Below, one piece after another: positions 1 to 10,488 of a stretch of 34,326 nt of DNA (within the stretch, counting starts at the first letter, position 1; every line of letters begins with the position of its first letter). The notes beneath the pieces were generated by a model. It ran no database searches and was not told the DNA's origin. It worked only from the letters and a program-made list of their open reading frames with translations. The position numbers were made by a program, and so were the translations under genes. Source of the stretch: Catajapyx aquilonaris (Eukaryota); the NCBI GenBank assembly GCA_000934665.2, contig JYFJ02006643.1, positions 1-34,326 on the forward strand, given 5' to 3'.

Positions 1-134
1 AAATTTCCGAACTTTGACTGCTCGTCCTGGCCTTACCGTTCGTCTCTCAGGAAAACTGCTTATACCCTCGGAATCAGGATTTTCTGCCCGATTTTTATAA
101 TCCAACTTGTATTTTGAGTGGAGTGTCCCTTTAA
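1..134. mobile_element. Right end of a probable Kolobok-like non-autonomous DNA transposon
   Basis: Ends ..GGAGTGTCCCT|TTAA. A YY terminus next to TTAA fits Kolobok ends; the other end is outside the window. Confidence 0.4.
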
Positions 135-642
135 CCGCGGACGCGACGGAAAGCATTCGCAAGGCGGCTGTAGGCCATCGAGGTGGAGAAAAGGGGCCTT
201 CATGTGCCGAATTCGGGTGACAGATAATTCCTACCAGTTGGCACCACTGCCAGCCCCTTAGCTGATTGAGCGGCGTGAAGTAAAAACGCGCCCCGGCCGC
301 TATCTTGCTCACGGAATGGGACGGTTGCTAACAACAGCGAAGCATTTTACAACAATGACAGGGCGCGTTCTATAACACCATTTTTGCGTTCATTTCACTT
401 CGCGTGACGTCAACATTTTCTAGGGAAACAGTGACGTCACCATTTCCCTACATAAAAACCCCAATTACTCCGGAACGGGAACTGATATCTTAAAACGGAA
501 TATGCCAAAAAAATCCAAAAAATATGGGCGAATTTATTATGTAGTTTCCAAAATGAAGGCTAGTTCCCCATTATGAAGTTTTCATGTGGACATGACCTTA
601 GAGGTTACAACTATATATGTGACGTAAGAATTTATTGCAGCT

Positions 643-699
643 CCAAAACGCGTCAGCTATGTAGCTGCACAGTGCAGCTACATAGCTGACGCGTTTTGG
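643..699. repeat. Perfect 28-bp-arm palindrome with 1-nt spacer
   Basis: CCAAAACGCGTCAGCTATGTAGCTGCAC-A-GTGCAGCTACATAGCTGACGCGTTTTGG. Confidence 0.95.
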
Positions 700-739
700 T
701 GTCGTCAACCATTTTCATTCCAATATGGCGGCACAATAT

Positions 740-780
740 GTGCACTTACCCCGGGTGTGCACTTCCCCCACTTCACCCTA
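740..780. mobile_element. Probable pogo/Tc1-like MITE right terminus
   Basis: Tandem GTGCACTT(A/C)CCCC motifs followed by ACTTCACCC|TA. Confidence 0.35.
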
Positions 781-1339
781 TATAAAAAATGGCTACGTTT
801 TGTCAAATAAAAAACTAATGGATTTGGCAATTATTTATAAAAATGCCTCAGGATATTTTTCCGGTGAAATGGTCGAGCCAGCAATATTGTTAAAAGCTGT
901 GGGCTGATTTGACATGAAATGACCCTGTGGTAAGAGACCGGATCAACCGATTTGTAATTCAGTCGAAAATATTTTGCACCAAAATGTAAATCAGAGCAAG
1001 CGACAGTATTTTTTTTTTGTCTGTTATGCACTTGATGATTTGCAAAGTAGACGGCAGCAGATTTGGCACCAGTTGATATCTGATGGGCAAAATCCTTTGC
1101 TTTTTTTTTAGACCGCGTGTATTAAAGCTTCTTGCGTAAAGTCCTCAACTGGAGAAATACTATAAAAGTTTACAACTTAATTATAAGAGTTCCTGGAACC
1201 GTGCTCAACTTGTCTCGTAACTTAAAATAATTCGTAACTTAAATTGGCCTAACCCAAACTGAGTGAATGCTGGTTACTTTCAGCTCTGATAAGTTAGCTT
1301 TCCATATCTTAAGTTGCATTACATATTAATAACGCTTTA

Positions 1340-2929
1340 AATTTATTTTTTTTTGCTTCTCATGCAGTCATTTGGATTACCATAACTCCAAGAGGATAAA
1401 TACAAATCCTAAACTTGATGTGTGCGTTGGATACCTATGTTTTAACGCTCTATAAGATGGCCATACTGATGATTATGAGAATCAGAAATTTAAAGTCAAA
1501 AATTGGCGCTCCAATTATTGATTTCTCTCAAACTTGGCCACTTTTGAGATTTTTTGAATGACTCTTAAAATGAAGCTGGACATGTCTGGCCGATATATCC
1601 GAAAACTCTACGAGTGCGATTTTGGTCTTTCACGCTCTATAGAAGCCTTTCCATTTGTCTTCCATCCAAGCGAAGATCTATCGTTTGTATATGTAGGCCT
1701 ATAGCTACTGATCTTAAATAAATAAGTGCCTTCGTCATGCGTATATAATTATGCTCATAATTATTACAGAACTCGCGTTCTCTGTAAGTACCGGGTACAG
1801 TGGGAGTAGAATTTGACACCAAACACTGACATGTTTAGATCTGTCCCATACAGTAGTGCAGAAGGATCGTGCTACTCTGTCGTAAACACTATTGCATAGG
1901 GCCAATAAGTTAATTATTAGGCTATATCCTCTTTGCAATAAGTTGCGTTTCCCTCCCTCAACTTAATTGGCTGGTTAATTATTAATGAACTTCAAGGTGT
2001 CTTATTTATTCCTTTAAAAATAACCATACATGACTAATCTTGTCTGCTCCGTTTAATAAAAATGACAGAAACAGAAATTATGTCAGTATGTCAATAGTTT
2101 GCATGTAGAAACTTTAATTCTTCTAGAACTAATTACCCTGAAATCTCGTACATTTTCGTTGCTGCATATAGCCTACTCCTGTCGCATGTCACAGCGTAAA
2201 TGGCTACTTTGTGTTCTACGCGTACTGCATGTGGGAAAGGACATTGCTGTTATGTGTGTAAACAAGCGACAAAAAAATTACGCTTTTCTTCAGTTGGGTA
2301 CGTAAGATATCTACGGACAGAAGTAAAAAGGTCAAATAAAGCCAGCTGCAGCAGATTGCATCCAGATAGAGAGAACGATGGATATACGCGGAAAGGCGGG
2401 GCGGGCTGGTCCACGCGCATGCACACGGGTAGCGTTTCGGCTTCAAGCGCGTGAAAGACCAAAATCACCCTCGTAGAGTTTTCGGAAATATGGGCCAGAC
2501 ATGTCCAGTTTCATTTTAAGAGTCATTCAAAAAATCTCAAAAGTGTCCAAGTTTGATAAAAATGAAAATGAAAATTGGAGCGCCAATTTTTTATTTTAAC
2601 CCTGCAATGCCCCTTGGGTCATATCTGGCACACCATTTAGTACAATTTGGCACACTTACAGAAAATATAAAAATTGCAAAAGTTGCAAAAATTGCACTAA
2701 ATGGTGTGCCAGATATGACCCAGTGGGCATTACTTAGATTAGTGGCATTACAGGGTTATATGTTTTATTCTCGTAATCATCAGTATGGCCATCTCATAGA
2801 GCGTTAAAATAGGCATCCAACGCACACATAAAGTTTAGGATGTGTACTTATCCTCTTGGAGTTATGGTAATCCAAATGACTCCATGAGAAGCAGAAATCC
2901 GCATAAATTAGTAGATTCCGCACCCTGTA
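1340..2929. mobile_element. Old long-TIR non-autonomous element (Tc1/mariner-like tip) carrying a nested MITE
   Basis: About 1340-1635 is the diverged reverse complement of about 2449-2909 once 2600-2755 is removed. Right tip is CCGCACCCTG|TA (2918-2929); the left tip is missing. Confidence 0.8.
2600..2755. mobile_element. piggyBac-like MITE
   Basis: TTAA|CCCTGCAATGCC..GGCATTACAGGG|TTAT; internal inverted arms TGGGTCATATCTGGCACACCATTTAGT / ACTAAATGGTGTGCCAGATATGACCCA; absent from the sister TIR of its host. Confidence 0.8.
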
Positions 2930-3157
2930 GTTACGCAACCACGCAACGCAGAGGTATACATGTACACATATCTATATATAAAAATCGCGAAGTACTGGAG
3001 AACAATGTAGGTCATTATCAAAACCAGGCTACCTTTTTCAGAACAAAATTTTTCAGGAAACGCGAATTTCTTATTTCGCTCCCAGGTGAAAATTAACATA
3101 CTTATGAATGACACGAGTATGCTTTGCCATGTCGCCTATCACATATTCAGAGCACGG

Positions 3158-3501
3158 GGGAGGTGTGGTGGCCGTGATGGTAACGTCACGGCTTGCTGAG
3201 TGAATGGCCCCAGGTTCGATCCCCGCCTGGGGAACTTTCCTTTCACCTGCTTCAGGAGGGTCTCTGACCTGCACCAAGGAGGTGTCTGGCAACCTAACCT
3301 CCTGGGGAACAGCACATGGCCCAGTTGGAGACATTGCACCTTGCACCCATGTTCCCTCCCCAAAATATCCTTATCCTTTCGCATTGTCCCTGTTTCCTTG
3401 CATCGGTGAATGAAGCGAAAATATACACAGAAAACTGATGGTGGTATGCCACCCCCCTATAGCTCCCATATGGGACATCACGTGGTAAAATAAAATATAA
3501 A
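3158..3501 (+). mobile_element. Full-length tRNA-derived SINE
   Basis: A box TGGCCGTGATGG (3169-3180), B box GGTTCGATCCC (3213-3223), TAAAA-type tail (3486-3501), perfect 15-bp TSD ATATTCAGAGCACGG (3143-3157 and 3502-3516). Confidence 0.9.
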
Positions 3502-4061
3502 ATATTCAGAGCACGGAAATCATGATCCCAAAACAAAATCACAATGATCAGTTGAAAATTAAGATAGCCGGGGTTTGAAACTGCCAAGAAAGATTTCCTA
3601 TGTACTGTACGTATATCTCCAGCCAGGCTGATAATGCTGGTCAATACTAAAAGCCCTACAAACCACAAATTTTCGTATCATCAGTGACGCATAATGAAAG
3701 TCATTATGAGAGTAATTAAAGGTAATTATTTGTCATTCAAAGTCATCTTTATTACGTCGGTTTATATATAATTATATTTCAATACCGTATAGCAATCTCA
3801 TTTTATCCTTCAATCAACTGGCTCTTCAGACACTGGGTGTCGGTTTGGGTCTTTCCCAACATGTTTCGTGAGTAATGGATGGGCAGTATTGGGGGCTGGA
3901 TGGCTACTATTCTCGACTATAGCCTGGTTTTGATGCAACCATAATTTATTTCCAAGGTAGCCTGATTTCGTTACGTCCACACAATTTTAGCATTTATTTT
4001 AAATGGTAAATATGCATATTTTTAAAAGCGCATGTATATGGAACGATGGTATTTCGCCTGC

Positions 4062-5791
4062 GGGCAATTCCACGTGAACGTGGCCACCTTTTTCACGAAA
4101 AAATTTGCCCGTCGATGAGTGTGAGATATGTTCGAGTCCATGTCAAGTTATGACCTTTCCCATAAGGATTTGGTCCGCCGATGCGTGGTTGCCTATCTAC
4201 AGGCGCTAATTGCACTTGGATCACAGTTAGAGGCGCCCCCCTATTACATTTACATGACAACGTAAATGCACGATGTAATACATGTTTCATGTGTGAAATT
4301 GTCTCCTCTTTCCGATAAAAATAGTCACTTTCCGATAGCTGTGCAAATTCATGTCACAAAGCGAGATTTTTGCAAACAAATGACATTTTCAACAAAAGAG
4401 CCAAAGTCAAATGGCATTATATTGATATCAAAATACACCTCACAGTGTCCTCTATCAGTGGTACAAACGGAATTTTGGAATACGAAATGGTTACGGAGCT
4501 ATAGGTACTGACGTGGAGAGGTGCAGGAGTGCAATTCCATTATTAAATCTACCTTCGCTTTGGGAAATGATGGAGGGGTTCCAGGCGATCACTTTGAGTA
4601 TATGCAACATGGATCTCAGACGCATAATGACCGAGATAATGTGCTTTACACACAAGGTATAAAATATCCTGCCATTATTGAACATGAGGTCATGTTCAAT
4701 AATGTTTCAATTTTCACAAGTGTCAAGTGTTAAAATATGCCGGATTAGTTAGAATAAAAAAAAACATGTAGCCTACTTTTTATTTGTGTGTTCATTCCTC
4801 TATTGCCTATTCGTTCCTAGTCACAGTCCAAATGAACATTCACTGTTGAGACTTGTATATACCATACAGGGCGCGGAAAATTTAATCTACCTTCGCTTTG
4901 GGGATGGTAGGGGGCTTCCAAACGATCATTTTTTTAAATATATGAATCGTGGGTCTCCGAATCATAGTTACCGAGATAATTATCATGAACTAAAAGTGCA
5001 TTATCCCATATTATACGTTTCGGATACTGCTTACGACACTTCCATCGCCTAGGCCATTCCCTGATACTCCTTCCAGGATCGTAAATTTAAATTAAATTAC
5101 CTGGTAAAACCTTAAATTTAAATTAAAAAGGTAAGGTCGCGTGGAGGGACGCATACGTGCCAGGATATTTTATACCTTGTGTGTAAAGCACATTATCTCG
5201 GTCATTATGCGTCTGAGACCCATGTTGCATATACTCAAAGTGATCGCCTGGAACCCCTCCATCATTTCCCAAAGCGAAGGTAGATTAAATTTCCGCACCC
5301 TGTAGACTATAAATGGAATTTCACTCCTGCACCTCTCCACGTCAGTACCTATAGCTCCGGAACCATTTCGTATTCCAAAATTCCGTTTGTACCACTGATA
5401 GAGGACACTGTGACGTGTATTTTGATATCAATATAATGCCATTTGACTTTGGCTCTTTTGTTGAAAATGTCATTTGTTTGCAAAAATCTCGCTTTGTGAC
5501 ATGAATTTGCACAGCTATCGGAAAGTGACTATTTTTATCGGAAAGAGGAGACAATTTCACACATGAAACATGTATTACATTATGCATTTACGTTGTCATG
5601 TAAATGTAATAGGGGGGCACCTCTAACTGTGATCCAAGAGCAATTAGCGCCTGTAGATAGGCAACCACGCATCGGAGGACCAAATCCTTATGGGAAAGGT
5701 CATAACTTGACATGGAGTCGAACATATCTCACACTCATCGACGGGCAAATTTTTTCGTGCAAAAGGTGGCCACGTTCACGTGGCATTGCCC
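4062..5791. mobile_element. 1.73-kb foldback element with about 610-bp TIRs, Sola2-like
   Basis: 4062-4671 and 5161-5791 are near-identical inverted copies (mirrored ORFs in the track); termini GGGCAA..TTGCCC; 4-bp TSD CTGC (4058-4061 and 5792-5795). Confidence 0.8.
4867..5302. mobile_element. Tc1/mariner-like MITE inside the foldback element
   Basis: TA|CAGGGCGCGGAAAATTTAATCTACCTTCGCTTTGGG..CCCAAAGCGAAGGTAGATTAAATTTCCGCACCCTG|TA; diverged TIRs of about 115 bp. Confidence 0.8.
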
Positions 5792-5821
5792 CTGCCTGAA
5801 CTATCCGATTCCGTTGATGTA

Positions 5822-6259
5822 CAGGGTGACCATGCTAACTTTGGCAAACATCACAGGGTGGGTAGAGGCTCCATAGCCAAGTATTTTGAGCTTCGGTACC
5901 CATGTCCGGAAATGCCCCCGTACGGGGGTACGGCCGTTTCCACCTTTAGTATGTTGCGCCTGGTGGGTAGGCAACCCAACGTACTCGAAGGTTGCGCTCA
6001 ACAGGCGCTCATCGGGTTTTGCACTTGACACTCGCAATATTGTTTTCACTTCGTCTCCTCCACACGCGGCACACCTGATGAACGCAAGCTTCGAGTACGA
6101 TGGGTTGCCTACCCACCAGGCGCAACATACTAAAGGTGGAAACGGTACTCCCGTACGGGTGCATTTCCGGACATGGGTACCGAAGCTCAAAATACTTGCC
6201 TATGGGGCCTCTACCCACCCTGTGATGTTTGCCAAAGTTAGCGTGGTCTGGTCACCCTG
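5822..6259. mobile_element. Tc1/mariner-like MITE with about 175-bp TIRs
   Basis: TA|CAGGGTGACC..GGTCACCCTG|TA; arms about 5822-5995 and 6085-6259; explains mirrored ORFs 5801-6190 and 5886-6299. Confidence 0.9.
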
Positions 6260-6842
6260 TATAATTTTTTCAACATTTTCGAAGGTAGACTGGTTTTGAT
6301 AATGACCTACATTATAATTGTTTTATCAGGGTTATAGAGTATATGAGGCACTGATATCCGCAAGTACTTGTTGGCATACCTAGAATCGTGTAAATAATAT
6401 TATTTGTTGACATTACAAGAAAATGGAAAATATTCGGCACAAGTTCCACATAGTCCAGTAATAAATCCGCTGCATGCACAACCACCGGTAGTAAATTCAC
6501 TTATCAAATAAACCAGTTTCCGGAATTTGCTACACGGGTAATGCACAGTAAAATACAGTGTCCTGATTGAAATAATCCGAACTCTTGCGCGAATGGAATC
6601 TGGTGGAATGCCGATAAATTCCTCCAGTGCAGTGGAAACGGAGCATAACTTACTGGTGGGAGATTCCTTCTCATCTCCAAGCGCCTTTCGTAAATGTCCC
6701 CTAACGCTTGCATATGTGGGTTTATATAGGATGAGCTGAAACATATACTGTGTATCTAACCGGATGCGATATGCCCAATTTTACAACATCAATATGGTAG
6801 CAAGTCAGCAAAAGACATGGGGCGAAATGACTACCATGTGCA

Positions 6843-6953
6843 GGGGTCGAATTTTCGCCCCACTGCTATAGTTACTGCTAACTTAGCAGTACCAGTGTTG
6901 GCAATGGTACTGCTAAGTTAGCAGTAACTAGCAGCGGGATGAAAATTCCACCC
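6843..6953. repeat. Small palindromic MITE-like hairpin
   Basis: TAGTTACTGCTAACTTAGCAGTACCA (6869-6894) is inverted at 6905-6930; imperfect arms extend to GGGGTCGAATTTTC / GAAAATTCCACCC. Confidence 0.8.
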
Positions 6954-7380
6954 AAGACTAACATTGACTTGTGAACGCAGCGAGATGATCATGCATTAGG
7001 TCGCCTTGCTCAATATCAGCAGGATGACGTGGGTCAAATTACATGGCATCGACGGATACTCTGCAACACAGAACATGACAGTTTCATCGCTGTTAGGAAG
7101 CCTGTATAGTATGGCCATTAAATCATGGTCGTAGATGCAAAACCTATATAGTTACAACCTTTAACTAGCTTGGAACATGATGGTTTAAAACAATCTATGA
7201 CAACACTGTATCGATGCTGGTATAAGCCATCTGTGGCGGTGATAAAGTAGGCAGGTATAGTGTCTCTATAGTCAATTCATTTATCCTGACCTCTACAACA
7301 ATGCGTACCTTTACCAACTTTAATAACAAAGTTTGTCATGCCATTCGCATAGTTTTTGACGTAACTGTTTCTTCTTTCTT

Positions 7381-7955
7381 ACAAGGGAAGGTCACGGGGT
7401 GATAATGACGGATGTTGATGAAATTTAACATGCTAATACAGGACAATATATGATACCCAAAAATGAAATTTCGTGCGGAGGCCCATATTTTCAAAAGTTA
7501 TGACGTCTTAAAGTTCCAAAAAAGCATTTTCATTGAGTTCATAATGGGATTACATTAGCGACCACATATAAGACCACATTGAAGTGTGTAATCAGTTTCT
7601 ACACTTTGTCTCATCGGAAAAAAGTCCTAGATAACGGCTCTGTATCTCTTACGGTTTAGACCTTGATACCTGTCCACAGACGGACGGACGGACAGAGCCG
7701 TTCTGTAGGACTTTTTTCCGATGAGAAAAAGTCTAGAAACTGATTACACACTTCAATGTCATTATATGTGGTCGCTAATGTAATCCCATTGTGTATGAAT
7801 AAAATGCATTATGTTTGGAACTTTAAGACGTCATAACTTTTGAAAATATGGGCCTCCGCACGAAATATTTCATTTTCGGGTATCATATATTGTCCTGTAT
7901 TAGCATGTTCAATTTCATCAAGATCCGTCATTATCACCCCGTGACCTTCCCTTGT
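7381..7955. mobile_element. 575-bp foldback element with central (ACGG)n, HINE/DINE-1-like
   Basis: ACAAGGGAAGGTCACGGGGTGATAATGACGGAT.. (7381-7643) is inverted at 7692-7955; spacer holds ACAG(ACGG)3ACAG. Confidence 0.75.
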
Positions 7956-8392
7956 TAGTATATTTACAATTATTCACTTGTAAATGTTGCGTCTCTCAAT
8001 TTATTAAAGAAGATGTCGCTTAAATTTGATTGCATTAAAGTTGCAAAAATGTAAATTGTACTATGTAAGACAATATTGCAGTAATTTCACGCTACATTAT
8101 GAGTTACAATGTAATGATGAAGCCTATTATTTTAGTGGCTGCGCTTTTTATACTTTGCTACTCAAACATTGCAGCATTTTACCGGAATTTGAGAGTCTTC
8201 TGGCGTCCTCTGACTGTCAGCGCATTTACTGCTCTTACTTCAATTAAGTTTCGGCATTAAAATCTACAGCCAGTGTGATTTACATGCTATTTCGAGGTAA
8301 CGACAGGAAAGGAGCTACAACATTCATTTTACGATAGGCCTACCAGTAGACCTATTTCATTCAGAACAAATGCCTGCGAAACTGAGACAAAT

Positions 8393-9194
8393 TCATTTAG
8401 GAAATCCACGAAATCTTTGACAATAATGCCCCCGAAAGTACACTTTTAAAACGGTCGGGTACCCAAAATATGGGTTCTGGGTAGTTGGGTTGAATTTTAG
8501 GTTGTTTATGACGTCGTTGGATAAATCAGTCTGCACGACCATTTGGGTCAAAGTTAGGTATGAACAACCAGGAGCATGATGGAGACGGACTTGGGCAGAA
8601 GCACGAACGAGTTCATTTTTAAAAACCGGCTCGTCTGTTCCCAACGCGAATATGCAAATTCGGACGTCATAAACTTGACGTACTGTACCTTACAACAGCA
8701 TACTTTCGAGTTGGAACAGAAACATCACTAGTTTTACGATGGAGCTGCTGCCCAACTGCGTCTCCTTGATGCTCACGTTGGTGTAGAGAAATAAAGAAAA
8801 ATCGTAATTCCCATGTAAATGTCACAATACTATATTAATTGCAACACAATTGTCAGCTGCCTCTCTAAAATGCAATACAAAGTGTACAAATATTCAAGAC
8901 AGAGGCTGTCACTTATTACTTCATAACATAATATTTGAGCTTTCAATAAATGCACAGTTTCACGTCAAAGTCACCTGTTCCTCCAGGGAGTCTTCAAAGA
9001 GTCGGAAACTCGGAATCTTGTCCAGTGCCTAGTGAGGCAAAGCTCCTCATCATCTTTTTTCTGATAAAAAAGTCACTTCCTCAAGCCAAGCCTTTCCAAC
9101 TGGGAAAGTGTCGAACGAACGGCCGAGTTGGCAAAGCCGGGAATAAAAGTTGGCTCCAAAGTTCTTTTCAGTAGTTTTGCCAATGTGGCCAGCC
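8393..9194 (-). pseudogene. Possible decayed intron-containing coding sequence
   Basis: Polypyrimidine/cag acceptor at 9195; GT-AG segments 8912-8865 (48 nt) and 8688-8635 (54 nt); one frame runs from 9028 to 8393 with several stops. Confidence 0.3.
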
Positions 9195-10276
9195 CTGCGG
9201 GATACGAAAATGAGAATTCTAAGGTAAAAAGCATCACAGTCCTATAATTATGTGTATGTTGGTTATAAAGAGAAGTGTGTTACATGAAAATTATACTTAT
9301 ATCTCAAAAATATTAATCAAAATTGCCCGAAAGATACAGTAGGCCATGCATACTCGTACGTTGCCAGTTTTTCAAAACGTGAAGATGTAAACGTGCATTT
9401 TACATAACAATGCATCATGAGAGCACTCAGCAGTCATTATCTTCCAATAAAAGAAAACCATCAGTAAACGCACAGTAGCCTATATTGTATACAGGATGAT
9501 ACAAAATTGGCTCTCAGGTGTAGGTTTCTTGCAATATTCCAGACAAAATTACCTCAGTTAATTTGACGATTTCGGCTTCATTACGGAGACAAGCGAATGT
9601 TAATTTTGCATTACTACACGACATGTCAGGGGCGACCCATGTTGACAAGCTCGCATTACTGTCGTGTGTGATGAAACTAAAATTGTCATGAAGCAATTAT
9701 TTCTGTAATGAAGGCGAAATCTCTTAAGTCAAATAGGGTCTAGTTTCGTTTTGGAATGGCAAAGAATCAGAGTCTGATGAGATGATGTGCATATCCTTTT
9801 CACCACCCTGTATGTGCCATAACTTAGTTAACATAACGAATGCCTTCTATTATGCCGAATTTCTCGATATTTATATATATTGTATACCCTTGTGGCTACA
9901 CCTTACTGCGAAATCATCCACGTTTTTATATCCAAAGACATTGACACGAATTCTCGCTATATTGATACAAGCTAATGCAATGCATAAAAGTGTGTTCTCA
10001 TGCTGGCCTTAGCGAAAGCGTGAGCGAGAAACTTCAGTCAATTCTCGAACTCCATTGGTCCGTGTATTCAAAGGAACAATTGGGTTCGTTCATGCTTTCG
10101 CGAGCTTGGGAACACCGCCTAACTCATTTATTTGGTCGGAAACAGACTTCATCCTCAACTTTGATTTAATATTCCTCCCACATCCTGCAAATTTCTGCAG
10201 CACTCTGCATCCAGAAACAACAATTTAGCCCTTCCTGAGTAGTCTGTTATTGACCGTTTTCATCCTCCATCATCAG

Positions 10277-10488
10277 CTGAGAAGATCGAGCTCCATGTTG
10301 GAGACGAAAGCGACGTAGGAGAATCGGGTCCATCATTCAGCCAACTGGGTTTCGTGTCCCTGTCGGACAACTCGGCCACTGGTCACAAGGCCCGAGAGCT
10401 CAAATCTGTCTCCGTCTCATGCACCTGTTCCCTCCTGAGGCTTGTCCTACACTCCAACTACAAGAACCAGCTCAACAATTCGGATCAG
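10277..10488 (+). CDS. CEP104: CEP104 exon (jelly-roll domain part)
   Basis: catcag|CT..GATCAG|gtaaaa; EKIELHVGDESDVGESGPSFSQLGFVSLSDNSATGHKARELKSVSVSCTCSLLRLVLHSNYKNQLNNSDQ. Confidence 0.9.

Noticed and set aside
3820..3872. Hammerhead ribozyme-like pieces on the minus strand (GAAACATGTT and CTGAAGAG)
   Set aside because: Stem II does not pair beyond one base and no CUGANGA lies upstream of GAAA; at most a Penelope-type relic
4093..6299. Mirrored ORF pairs on opposite strands
   Set aside because: By-products of inverted repeats; no transposase or other recognisable motifs
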